Shown: positions 13,083 to 26,994 of the stretch, one piece after another | Layout of the letters: every line of letters starts with the position of its first letter | Position numbering within the stretch: the first letter of the stretch is position 1 | NCBI GenBank assembly: GCA_964016885.1 | Contig: OZ024741.1 | Coordinates: forward strand, 272,366,001-272,430,000 | DNA length: 64,000 bases | Reading direction: 5' to 3' | Source: Eledone cirrhosa | Lineage: Eukaryota | Program-made: the position numbers and the translations under genes | The notes under the pieces: model-generated | Seen by the model: only the letters and a program-made list of their open reading frames with translations | Database searches by the model: none | What the model was told of the DNA's origin: nothing

Positions 13083-15309
13083 ATGGAATTCTTTAGGATT
13101 TCTTCTTCTCTAAAAGATGTACCTTTACCTAAGAATAAGGACTATCTTAAACAACTCATTGAGAAATCTGACTCCTTTATACGAAGACTTAGATGGCGTG
13201 CCTTCCATTTCGATAGAAAATCAGATGAAAAAACAAATATATCCAGTTACAACTTCGATATCCAAGAAAAATCTACCTAACAACAAACTATTAATTGAAT
13301 TTGAAAATGAAATAATATCAATTATACAAAACATTAAATTCAAGAAAAACCAATTTGCAGGCCAGGAATACCTTAAAGGCCTTAAGAATAATATAGACAA
13401 TCTTGAAAAAACTGAGAAAATCCTCGTAAAATCTGACAAAACTAACAATCTATACGGAATGCAAAAGAACGAATACAATAACCTTATATTGAAAGAACTA
13501 AGGAAAAATTACAAAATAACAACTAATGAAGATCTTGAAATGCTAAATAGAGAAGCTTCTGAAATAATTCATAAATTAGGCATTGAAAATAGGATCGAAC
13601 CCTTTATACCTAGAAGACCAAAAATTAACCTGAAAGACCACAAAAGAAACTTTGAAATAGAACTACCAGTCAGACTTATAGCACCATCTAAATCAGACTT
13701 AGGCATAGTTAGTAAACATATATTAGATAGAATCATACCGCAACTTAAAGAAATATCTTACCTAAAACTATGGAACGGTACTAACGAAGTTATAGATTGG
13801 TTCAATAACATAAAATTTAAACATAACAAAAAATTAATTCAATTGGATATTACAAACTACTACTCCTCCATTACTCCTAATTTACTTAATAAAGCTCTTG
13901 TCTATGCATCTAAACATGCAGATTTATCTTGCGAAGAAATGCATATCATTTTAACCGCACGGAAAACTTTAATTGAATTCAACAATCATCTCTGGACTAG
14001 AGCTGATAGAAAAAATAATTTTGATATCACCATGGGGTCATCAGACTCGGCGCAAATAATGGATCTTGTGGGGCTATTTATTAATAATACACTACATAGA
14101 AAAATACCAGAGATGACCGGTGGTTTATATCGTGATGATATGCTACTTTTAATTGAAAATCATAGTAATTGTGAAATTAATAGAAAAAGAAAATCCATAA
14201 TACAATTCTTCAATAGCTACAACCTTAAGTTAGAAATAAAGAATAACTATAAAATTGTTAACTTTTTAGACGTAACATTAAACCTTAACACAGGACTCTA
14301 CTATCCATTCCATAAAATTAATGAGAATCTAAACTATGTAAGTTTTAACTCTAATCATCCTAGATCTATCAAGAACACTATTGTAAATTCTATCCAACAA
14401 CGTATTTCACGCATCTCCGCTAATAAAAACATTTTTGACGATAAGGCAGAATATTATAATGAAGCTTTAAATAGAGCAGGCTATATAAATAAGATTAAAT
14501 ACATCGACAACAGTGATAAGGCAAATAACCCTACTATTAATTATAATTACAATAAAAAATCTAACTTAAACTCTAAAACTAACAGAAGAACTAGAACTAG
14601 AAATATTATTTGGTACTCACCCCCATTCTCATTAAGCGTTAAAACACCTTTAGCAAAGCTATTCTTTAAAGCACTAGATAAATGTTTTCCTAAAGCCCAC
14701 AGATACCACTCAATCTTTAACAGACATACTATAAAACTATCTTACTCTACTACTATGAACATATCACAAAATATAAATAGAATCAATAATAGGAATTTAA
14801 ACCATAACCAAAATAGCAGTAATATCTCTAGCAATATCCAACATAATAGTACCGTTCTGAATAACATCAATTCTGCAAAATGTAACTGTAGAATTAAATT
14901 AAACTGTCCTTTAAAAAATAAGTGCTTAGATAAGGACGTGGTCTATAAATGCACAGTCAAAACCAGTGATAATATATTTAACTATGTAGGTGCAACTTCT
15001 ACAGAATTTAAAAGTCGTTGGAATAATGACAAATGCTCTTTCCAAAGATTTGATAAAAAATCTTCAACTTCTCTTTCAAACCTGATATGGAACTTAAAAT
15101 GCAAAAATATGGACTATTCTTTATCTTGGGAAATAATTTCGAAAGCACCCGCCTACCGAAACACAGCTTTATCTAGATTTTGCAAATGTGTGTTGAGGAA
15201 ATTTTCTTCATAGTTAAATGTAAGAACTCTATTAATGTAAGGACGAATTTATTTAGTTCTTGTAGACATCGCCTAAATTCAACGTTTAGAACTATATATA
15301 AATTATAAT
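13083..15309 (+). pseudogene. PLE RT-GIY-YIG polyprotein with two frameshifts (~13260 and ~15190)
   Basis: ORF 13083-13280 gives the N-terminus (LKDVPLP..FIRRLRWRAFHF). ORF 13117-15213 gives VKSDKTNN, LKDHK, QLDITNYY, LYRDD, CNCRIKLNCPL, VVY..YVG. The C-terminal SSCRH is in another frame. Confidence 0.9.
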
Positions 15310-16397
15310 TACACTTATAATATTTCTACTTATTTCCATAACAATCTTATCCACTCTGTTTTAATATATTGTTATCTCTAAATCATATCTATATTATTTG
15401 CTATAATTTCACTTCTTAAAGTTTCTTAAAATATATACATATATGATCCTAATTTTTAAATTTTAATTTTAAGATTTTTTAATTCTTTATTTTTTATTTT
15501 TTATTTCTTAAACTTTTCATATATTTTTAAAAATTACTTATTTTTTTAAAATTACTTATTTTTAAAAAAATTACTTATCTCTTATAAATTATTTTTTTTA
15601 AATGTTCCCGAATTTTAATATTTTTTAATAAAATTTTTAATATCTTTCATTAGATTTATAACCACTAACTAATTCAGGCTAAATATATCTTTCAACATTT
15701 ATATCTTTAACATTTATACTTATTTTGACAAAATACTCTCATACTAACGAATAAATAAACAAAACTGGAGTTTTTTCCGTATCTTCCCATTTTAAAATAT
15801 ATAAATATAAATATTCTTATTAACTCAGTTAACTTAATTTAATTTAACTTAATATTTACTTACATTAAATATAAACCAATATCCCTCATAACTCATTAAA
15901 ACAATTATCTATAACACGATATACCCATCTATCCATTTATTTATCTATTTATCTATTTATCTATTTATTGATTTATTTTTCTACTTTTCTATCTATTTTT
16001 CTATCTATTTTTCTATCTATTTATTTTTCTATCTACTTATAACAGTAAATATTATATTAGAAAATAATTTTAACAACTAATTAATCGTAAATACAGGTAC
16101 CATTAGTAGATATATACTTAAAATATTAACGTTACATGAGTTCTATTCATCCTCTTGTTAATTTCTTCTCGCTATCTCTCTCGTAATATTTTTTATTTTT
16201 TTCTCTTCTCTCTCCTTTTTCTCTCTCTTTCTCCAGTGTCATTTAAATAAACGGTTGTTTTTCAATTATTTTCATATCCATTTGCATATTCACACATAAG
16301 TTTGAATAATCCCTAATATATTTCCACTATCCAGTGAATTTCCAACCGATAAGGTATGATTTTCATGGGTATGTCTCTATTTATAAAACAAACTTTC

Positions 16398-16462
16398 TAT
16401 TTTATCTGCTGAAAGCGTAGCAATGTTGTCTTGGTTGCCCTTGAAATATATATAATAAAATA
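16398..16462 (+). ncRNA. Degenerate type I hammerhead (A6C)
   Basis: UAUUUUAU-CUGCUGA-AAG...CUU-GAAA-UAUAUA-UA-AUAAAAUA. Confidence 0.6.
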
Positions 16463-16463
16463 A

Positions 16464-16572
<109 letters not shown>

Positions 16573-16759
16573 AAAAGATGAAATCGAAAATGCAACTGGA
16601 GTCTTATTTTTAAAAAAATATATATATTTATTTGGTTCCTTTACCGGTTTCGCAGTTCTTCTGCTTTTCAAAAGTAGAGTTGAGATGGAGGGTCTGTGGT
16701 TTTTCTCACAGGTTGGTCTCTGAATGTTACTTGTTTTATATGGAAAAAAACCTCACTTT

Positions 16760-16819
<60 letters not shown>

Positions 16820-16860
16820 TATTATATATATATAGAGAGATATAGATATAGATATATATG

Positions 16861-16908
<48 letters not shown>

Positions 16909-16916
16909 TGTATATA

Positions 16917-17004
<88 letters not shown>

Positions 17005-17896
17005 TGTATATATATATAGATGTATGTATGTGTATATATATATATATATACATATATACATCTCTCTCTATATATATACCAACAACGACGTCACAAACAC
17101 TTCCCCTCCCACACACACACAACGGCTTTGTTCTCTGAAGAGAAACCGTAAGACACGCATTTCAATACTCTAAGGATACATTCATGAGTTTTATTTTTAT
17201 ATATTAGATACAAATGACTGGGTTTCACTCTGGCATATCTCATCCCAATGACTCACCCCTCTTCTGGTACAAAACCTCCCGTGTGAATTAGGGCAGTTAG
17301 GAAGCGTTAGTCCGGAAACAGTTAAAACAACCCCAGCTAGTGAAAATATAGTCACTGATGCAAGGTAAAATAGTTGATACCCATCTTTTTTCCGTTCAGT
17401 GGCTTTATAAACTCCTTGAATTGACAGTAATCAGTAACGTCGGACACCATGCTTTGCGGTGTAGAGTTACGGCTCTTTACGTTCTGAATAACTTTTCAAA
17501 TCGCGCCGAGGTTAGCTTTGCCTTTCATCTTTATGGGGTCGATAAAATAAACTAGCAGTAATATACATGTGTCACTTTATTTGACTTTCCCCCTCATCCA
17601 AAATTATTGGTCTTGTGCCTGAATCAGAAACCGTTATTATTAAACTATCTTATTTAGTCAAAGTTACGGAGAGATCAAATTTAATTTTCAAATGCCACTT
17701 GCCGAGGCTGGAAGAGAAAAGAAGGCTGTGTTCTTATTTATCATTTTCAAAAAATAATTTTTTAAGGTTTCCCCATAAAATTGCCATGTTTTCGTTCGTT
17801 GCCTTCTCTTCTCTTTGTTAATTTTTCCTAAGTATATATATATTGTTTAATATGATACTACTGGTGTGTTTTATTGCATGCTCATATATGGACTGT

Positions 17897-17981
17897 ATCC
17901 CTTGATAAGTTCAGCTAGGTCCCTGCCGTCCTAACACCACTGGTTTAGTTCGGATCTAGCCGTCGAAACGGCCGGAGCTCA
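17897..17981 (+). ncRNA. Long-stem-II type I hammerhead (family L, U3-A8 core), interrupted in loop III
   Basis: AUCCC-UUGAUAA-G..GCUAGGUCC/GGAUCUAGC..C-GAAA-CGGC-CGGAGCUC. The missing AGCCG-UC-GGGGU part is present inverted at 18141-18171 and in other family L copies. Confidence 0.7.
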
Positions 17982-18003
17982 ATCTATTTTATTTCTCATT
18001 CTT

Positions 18004-18039
18004 TCTTCTGATAAAGGACTAGCGTCCGAAACGTTAAGA
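18004..18039 (+). ncRNA. Minimal hammerhead (G8A mutant copy)
   Basis: UCUU-CUGAUAA-A-GGAC(UAGC)GUCC-GAAA-CGUU-AAGA. The intact homologue is at 59193-59228. Confidence 0.6.
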
Positions 18040-18184
18040 CCCTCTTCCTGCTATATCAAGCGTTAACCTAATATATACCTTCCATATACTGTACCGATTG
18101 TGTTGTTATTTTTGTTTACCTTTTACATATATATATAAAGCGTCAGGACCCCGACGGCTGAGCTCCGGCCGTATATATATAAAG

Positions 18185-19680
18185 AATGATTAATAAAACA
18201 GGTAGACATCATAAAAAGGTAATTTATTCCAAGTGTTTACAAATGTTTCTTTAGTAGTTACACAGCCTAGTCATGCTATATGCAAATTGGTAGTTATAAT
18301 TTATTCCATATTAGGGTGAACTGCCGGTTGTATTCACGGAGTTGCCAGATCTTATTAGCGAGTGTAGTTACATAACGGTGTTCAGAATGTTTAATCGAAA
18401 ATCGATGACGATACCAGCGTGATTTAAAGGAGGTAGTGGTAGACCCGACGTAATACCATTTTTGGTCGTTTGATTCGACAGTGCATTGATAAACAATGTC
18501 GGACTCAGGCATTTATTCTTCAATGGGCATCTCTCGGGTAGGTGGCAATTACAGTTTTTGTTATGGGTAACAACTGTACCATGGATAGGTTGCGATAACA
18601 GTTCAGGTGGGTTGTGTAATACCCGTCTGCCATTTGGTGGTTGGCAAGTTGATATTACGTTATGCCCATCTGTGTCTAAAATATTTTCTTTTTAGTCTTG
18701 TTTAATAATCGCTTTAAATTAAGTTTTTTATGTGTGCTTCTAGGTTTGGTGCAGTGGAGTACGATAGCTTAACTCTAACAGTCTTAGAGTTTAGAATTTT
18801 ACTGTATTTATGGGAATTAGGGAAATGCTTGTTAATTAACTTAAAGAATAAAAGAGATAGTTTTGTACTAATCGAAGCATTAAAAATGGGATTATACCAG
18901 ACATACTTCCTACAACGTAATTTATTTGAGTTTGGTGATCATTTTCTATTATTAGTATGTCTGGTGGTACTGCGTGTGTGTGTTTGTATGCCCCGGTTAC
19001 ATATTCTTCGATTTCTTCTGTTGCTATGTGTGCTCTGGTTATTCCTATATGTATTCTATTTTATCCCGGTGGTCAGCATTCCCCAGTGCGTTATTATAGT
19101 ATTCTGCATGTTCGCTGATAATCTGAGAGTTAGACGATAGGCGAAAGATTCTAAGAGAAATACTACGAGGAACCGATTTAATCATGGAAAGTGGGTGATT
19201 CAAGTTGTAATTAATATATGTAAGGTTCTCGTTTATCTTGTGGAAGGGTCGTATCAATCCTGTGTTCAAATTAAGAGTTACATCTACAAAATTCGCTTCT
19301 TTAAGGTTGTATTCGTACGTTATTTTCAGACCCAGTTCGCTAAAAGATTTCCTAATGTTTTTGCGTAGCATTTCAATATTCTGATTATTTAAGTTATTAA
19401 CTAATAGAAGCGCGTCGTCTCTATATATCCCCCCCCCCCCACGTAGATTATTAAATTTTCCATGTAGTATGTGGGCTATGTAAATTCCCACAAGATCCGT
19501 GACTTCCGCTGAATCATTGGAGCCCATGGTAATGTCGAAGTTATTGGGTCTATTCTTACTCTCGCAGTAGCAGTTATCAAACTTGATGATAGTTTTCCTA
19601 GCCTCTAGAATAATATTAATTTCGTCCTTCGTTAGGTCTGAATTGACCTTGGCAAACGATAGAGTAGTATTCATCTATAT
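18185..19680 (-). pseudogene. Degenerate 5'-truncated Hydra-type PLE (RT + GIY-YIG)
   Basis: ORF 19045-19674 has ITMGSNDSAEVTDL and IYRDD. ORF 18294-18512 has IVY..YVGST..FKSRW. Several frameshifts. Confidence 0.88.
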
Positions 19681-19845
19681 CGAATTGTATAAACTTAGAC
19701 TTACTCTTGTTATATATATAAACACAAACCTTGCATCTCTTTCTACTTTTACAAAGCATAAGAACTGTGAAACCGGTAAAGGAAACAAATAAATATTATT
19801 AAAAAGATTCTAGTTGCATTTTCGATTTCTTTTCCTTATATATAT

Positions 19846-20551
19846 CTCTATATATATAAAACAGAAGGTGTCTGTCTGTCTGTCTGTGTAAATCCCCCAA
19901 AACTCGAGAAGTACCCGACCGACTTTTTTCAAATTTTACACATGCATTACTTATATTTCTTGAAGTGCAATGGGCTAAAAACATTGTAACTGTTTCTGCC
20001 CTAGGGCCCTCATGAAGTGAAAAACCGCATTTAAAGGGCATTTTTAGGGTTTGATGCGTAACTTAAAGATAATCCAGCCGATTTCTCGAATTTTGCAGCA
20101 CACATTAGTTAGTCCCCTCGCATTGCTGTGGACAAAAAGAAATTCCGATTCCACTAATGGTTTCTAGGAAATTTACGAATTAGCATTGGGCATTACATGT
20201 CACTTTCATTTTCAATATAAACGCTACTTAAACACCGTAAGTAACGTATCATATTTCATAAAAAATTTGGTTTGTTTAACAGAGGACACAACACTTACTT
20301 ACTTTTAAGCAGGATCATTTTCGCTCCACAACACTTACTTACTCCTTTCGCATACATGATTTCCGCAATCAGCCCACTGACACTGCTACTACTGGATTTG
20401 GCCTGCTGGTGTTCTACGTTTCCAGTAGATGAACAATTATTCCCTGAGAATAAGGGAATTCAAAAAGTACACAGCTACATTCCTCAACCTTTGCATATGC
20501 GTATTGGTATGTCACGTTTCCTACCCCGTGCAACGCCGGGTCCTGCTGCTA

Positions 20552-20552
<1 letters not shown>
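19846..20552 (+). mobile_element. Non-autonomous Helitron
   Basis: 5' TC-TATATATAAAA, (GTCT)n near the 5' end, 3' hairpin CCCGTGCAACGCCGGG followed by CTAG|T. Confidence 0.75.
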
Positions 20553-20621
<69 letters not shown>

Positions 20622-20625
<4 letters not shown>

Positions 20626-20892
20626 GTTGGATGGTCAACTTCGCATTTGCGCCTGCGCAAGGATGTGGAGGTGTATTGGCGCTCACAAGGGAACGGGCCA
20701 AGGCTTCAAGCGCATCACCTTTGTCCGTTCCCTTTTGTTTCATTTGGATGCCACGGGAACATAACCTTATTACGTAAGAAGCTGTCTGATAAGAGCATGG
20801 CACTGGGTACGCCGAATCGCGTGGCTGCTGTCGTCATTGAAATATATGTATCATAGCCTTATCAATAAAGGACTTTAACATCTGAAACTACT
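20622..20892 (+). mobile_element. Solo-LTR-like element containing a hammerhead-like motif
   Basis: Termini AGTAGTT...AACTACT, AATAAA ~25 nt from the end, HHR-like fold at 20775-20861. Confidence 0.45.
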
Positions 20893-20904
20893 TTGCATTT
20901 TCTA

Positions 20905-20968
<64 letters not shown>

Positions 20969-21015
20969 TATAGATATAGATATATATATATAGATATATA
21001 TATATACACACACAC

Positions 21016-21706
<691 letters not shown>

Positions 21707-21707
21707 T

Positions 21708-21796
<89 letters not shown>

Positions 21797-22934
21797 AGGG
21801 GGTTTAGAAATATGTATATGGTATTACACACACACATACATACCTACATACCTACCTACCTACCTAGCTACCTATCTACATACATACATACAGTATGTCA
21901 GGAGGTGGCGGTGGGTTGAGATGAGAGTACTTATGTACTTAACAAAATCATTCGTGAGAGATGGAATTAATAATTAGGTTTTTAATAACACCATAGGATT
22001 TTTGTTGACTCATACCGTTCCTTAGTCTCTAGCTTATATTTGCTGATTAATACAATATTTAGACTAGATAGCTGGGTTAACAAGATATATAGTTAGTTTG
22101 GTAGGCAAATAGATAATGGATTCTGAGATGCTATCCCCATCATCATTTTTAAGGTCAGCAATCAGAAAAAGGGACGTAGGCGTAAAAGCCAAACTCGCTA
22201 TCTTCAATTTGGTTTTCGTGCCAACCCTTACATGAATCTTGGGTAATGACCGAAAGAATACGATTGCGAATACAATGGGATTCCCTCGAAGGGTCTCTGG
22301 AGTAACGTTACTCGATTAAGGGCGTAGCAAGGAGATCAGAGAGTCACTCCAGATAGAGCTGCTACTTCTCTGGATTGAGAGATCACAACTTCAATATTAC
22401 GGGCATGTGGTTAGAATGTCTCAGGAAAGAATTGATGGAAATAGGGGATTTCTAGTAATGTACTTTTTTGGACACGTATAATGTGTTTTTAACGCCTAAC
22501 CCTTTAGCATTTAAACCGGCCATATCCGGCCAGAATTATCTCACCTCTTTCAGTTCAACCAAGCCGAAACTGGCTACTCACAGTGATGTTAAGATATTGT
22601 TCTCAAAATAAGTAATATAAAAATCTCATGGATTCAATATTATGTGAAGATACAATAGTATATATAGAGTAATGTAAATACTAAAGAAAGATTTCGCCGG
22701 AGATCGATTAACAAAGTTTAATAAGCGAGGGTCGGGGGAATAAGAGTGTGTGTGGGGGAGGGGGCATTATTCGAGACCAGAGAGTACGTACACAATTCTT
22801 TAGTACAATTGTTTCATAAGAGGAAATTGACATTATGGTATTGTAGGAAACGTGTCATTGTATTTAGTTTTTAAGATGCACTTAGAAAAAACTCCAAACG
22901 ACTGATATATATAGAGAGAAGGGGAGAAAGAGAG

Positions 22935-23025
<91 letters not shown>

Positions 23026-23027
<2 letters not shown>

Positions 23028-24068
23028 TAGCAGAGGTACCCCGCGTTGCTCGGGTATTAAATAGTAGTTGTGTATACCATTTATGTCAATACTTCAGTGC
23101 TGCTTCGAAAACTATACTTTTACAAAATCATCAGCTTTTTTCCAAAAGGGGGTTCCTGCTCCCAAGAGTCCCCTACTCAATATATGCCAATTCTGAGAGT
23201 TCACATTCATCTGTAGGACAAACGTAGCCCATGTGTCAAGTTTTGTGAAAATCGGTTGCGAACACCAGTTATGACGTTTTGTTGCATTGCACTGCAGTGC
23301 TTCAGTCGACTCCAAGGAAGTGATTAAAGGGGGTTATCTGCCGGGAGGCCCTATAATCAATATCTGGAAAAATGAAAGTGCCCATGACCATCCAGAGTAA
23401 CCTATGTCTTAAGTTTGGTGAAAATACTGTAGAAATGCATAAGGTTTATACATGCGCGCGCGCGTGTGCGTGTGTGTGTGTGTGTATTTGTGTGTGCGAA
23501 TGTATGTGTATGTCCGTCGGGGCATACGTATGTACTGGCCTAAATCTTCACTATTTACTTTTACTATTTTAATGACCTCTGTCATTTTCGTTTTCAATTT
23601 TATTTACATCATTCTTAAACTCCGGGGCTGGAAATCATTCTGTTATTTTAAATAGAATATTAGTCTAACGACTCCATTTATACCATAAACTTGGTCTTGT
23701 CTTTGTATGAATTTGTTCTTCACGCTCCACATAACGATGTATTATACTCGCTTTTTTTCGTTCATGGCCAGGGAACGTCTTCACGAACCAAAATATCGTC
23801 TTCCTGTTTTCCTTCGGTTGCAACGTTTCTCGAAATATTTACTTCTGCGTTCACAGATTACTCTCAGTTCAATTTGAATGGGAAATTCCTGTTTCATCGA
23901 TTTTCTCCGTAACCATGGAAGCTTGTAGCTTGAAAGTCGACCCAACGCCTCCTCGGGTCATTCTGCATTACTGTGTAAATTTTCGCTGCATTCCACCAAG
24001 CCGTTTCGACGTTTATCCGACTACACCTACATAAACAACGTCCGACCACTTCCAATTTATATAGTAGA
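23026..24068 (-). mobile_element. Non-autonomous Helitron carrying a PLE 3'-UTR fragment (~23655-23860)
   Basis: A|CTAG plus CCCGCGTTGCTCGGG hairpin at the left end. The internal segment resembles 2555-2752. Confidence 0.6.
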
Positions 24069-24126
24069 TATATATATATCCCAACAAATTAAATATAACC
24101 TCTGCATATATATATATATATATATA

Positions 24127-24575
24127 TGCAAAGTTTTATTTAAATTGTTGGGTTAACAACGAGTAAATATTTATAACTGATATAAAAGCACTCAACAAGT
24201 ATTTGGAGTATATTTACGATATTAAATAAATGGAAACTATATTTATAAAACCATATTTATTTCATTATACATATTTCAGGGATATCATATTAAAAATATG
24301 TTATGCCTTCCTCAGACAAAATACAATATAAACAGTCTTATAAATAGATAGATTCGACATACCTTTCAACATCGACTTCAATTTGAAAAGTTGAATTGGT
24401 AGTGGAAAAAATATTAGGGACAGTTATAAAAAGAAAGAAAGAAAAAAGAAAAAACGGAGAAAAAGAAGAAATGCATGCAACTAAATAGAGAGAGATAGAT
24501 ATAGAGAGATAGATAGAGAGAAGAAATTCATGTAAAGAAACAGAGAGAGATATATAGAGAGAGGAAAAAACACAG

Positions 24576-24612
<37 letters not shown>

Positions 24613-24722
24613 AGAGAGGAGAGAGAGAGAGAGAGAAAATATAGAGAGATAGATATAGATAGAGATAGAGAGAAAGAAAATAGGTAGTTGTGCACCAGTT
24701 GAATGACGTATCAATGATATAT

Positions 24723-24753
<31 letters not shown>

Positions 24754-25432
24754 GCTCTAGTATCAATGTAGAGAGAGATATATGTGGTTAAGAGAGAAAA
24801 CAGCCGTTACATAGAGAGAAAAGAGAAAGAAAAATATCCAGACAAAAACGAGGCAGATTTAAAACACTATGTATCATCAATGTAAAAAATATCAATTCGT
24901 ATAAAACAGGCATTATAATGTAAATATCAGTATTCATGAATGAGACACGTATCAATAAAGTGTGAAAAATAATGATCATATGTCTAGTTTAAAATTCATA
25001 GGTTTATATTAGAAGGTTATCCCAGATTTTATACTATATACATCATGTGAATTTACGTGATCAGCTCTGCAAATTCCTATTTCACACGAAAACATTCTCA
25101 TTGTGCTATAAAAATTCTAGTATACATATATGTGTACATACACACAAATATATATAGAGTCTACATTAATTTTAACAATACTATTCATGTCTTTACTCTA
25201 CATGATTATCGTTCAAGCATAAATAGAGAACAGATATCAATATATTAATAAAAATAAAAATAAAAATATCAGAAACAAAAAGTAAATAAAAAATAAATAA
25301 AAAACAAAAATCAAAAAAATAAATAAATAAAAATCAAAAAATATTAAAAATATTAAAAATAAAAATAAAAATATTAAAAATATTAAAAATATTAAAATAA
25401 AAATGAAACATAGTATGCCCCGCAAATCAAAC
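24127..25432 (-). mobile_element. Diverged PLE family B 3' UTR with HHR at 24258-24323
   Basis: Homologous to 32672-33740. CUGAGGA core and stems I-III are intact. Confidence 0.85.
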
Positions 25433-25883
25433 ACATTTCCTCTATTCTCCAGAGGGCCAGACAGGAATATTGGACTAGTTTCGATGTTATGTGTTTCCTT
25501 GAAAACTCGTATGACTCTAAAACCCGGTCCGTCTGTGTGGTTACATACAGACTAGCTGACACTCACTGTAAAGTGTCTAGTGAAAAACTCAGTACATGTA
25601 CATATGTATACATGTGTGTATTTATATGCACACTAATACTTCCGTATACATATGTAGATGTACACTTTAACTTAATTGTTTAAGCGTCAGTCATACAAAA
25701 GTGAGTTAGAAGCGAAACGAAATTTAATTTCGTTTCGTTATTCGTTTTTATCGTTTCCGCTGAACCGGTGCGTACAATGACTCACGTTCTATGCAAATTA
25801 GTCTACCCACTACTAATTTTCATAGAAAAAGCATATAACGATATGTGCTTTTACAATTCTCCAGAGAAGCCGGAAGATGGGTA

Positions 25884-25928
25884 AATATTGCTGATGAGAT
25901 GTAATAACATCGAAACTAGTCCAATATT
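25884..25928 (+). ncRNA. Minimal type I hammerhead ribozyme, perfect core
   Basis: AAUAUUG-CUGAUGA-GAUGU(AAUA)ACAUC-GAAA-CUAG-UC-CAAUAUU. Predicted cleavage after 25921. Confidence 0.92.
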
Positions 25929-26352
25929 CCTGTCTGGCCCTCTGAAGAATAGAGGAAATGTGTTTCCTTGAAAACTCGTATGACTCTAAAACCCGGTCCG
26001 TCTGTGTGGTTACATACAAACTAGCTGACACTCACTGTAAAGTGTCTAGTGAAAAACTCAGTACATGTACATATGTATACATGTGTGTATTTATATGCAC
26101 ACTAATACTTCCGTATACATATGTAGATGTACACTTTAACTTAATTGTTTAAGCGTCAGTCATACAAAAGTGAGTTAGAAGTGAAACGAAATTTAATTTC
26201 GTTTCGTTATTCGTTTTTATTGTTTCCGCTGAACCGGTGCGTACAATGACTCACGTTCGATGCAAATTAGTCTACCCACTACTAATTTTCATAGAAAAAG
26301 CATATAACGATATGTGCTTTTACAATTCTCCAGAGAAGCCGGAAGATGGGTA

Positions 26353-26397
26353 AATATTGCTGATGAGATGTAATAACATCGAAACTAGTCCAATATT
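26353..26397 (+). ncRNA. Minimal type I hammerhead ribozyme, perfect core
   Basis: Identical to 25884-25928. Predicted cleavage after 26390. Confidence 0.92.
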
Positions 26398-26614
26398 CCT
26401 GTCTGGCCCTCTGGAGAATAGAGGAAATGTGTTTCCTTGAAAACTCGTATGACTCTAAAACCCGGTCCGTCTGTGTGGTTACATACAGACTAGCTGACAC
26501 TCACTGTAAAGTGTCTAGTGAAAAACTCAGTACATGTACATATGTATACATGTGTGTATTTATATGCACACTAATACTTCCGTATACATATGTAGATGTA
26601 CACTTTAACTTAAT

Positions 26615-26723
<109 letters not shown>

Positions 26724-26994
26724 AGAAATATTTATAGAGAAAGCGAGAAAGAGAGAGATTAATAGAGATAGAGAGAGATAGATATAAAGATGGAAAGAGA
26801 CAATGAAAGAGTGAAAGAGCGATAGAAAAGAAAGAAAGAAAGGAAGAAAGAACGATCAAAGAAAGACTAAAGCGGAAAGCAAAACATAGTTTGATGTTCA
26901 AATATTTATATTTGGTGACAATAACATTTTAGAAGGTTTCTTTACCTCCCTATCCCCCACCAAAATTCCTTTTAAAAATTCTGTTTGTTCTACT

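Noticed and set aside
17131-17154. CUGAAGA-GAAAC-CGUA hammerhead with no stem II
   Set aside because: Single copy with stem II absent. Most likely a deletion relic or chance match.
25489-26500. Repeated 64-aa and 72-aa ORFs as a small gene family
   Set aside because: Their identity follows from the 469-bp tandem duplication, and they have no recognisable protein motif.
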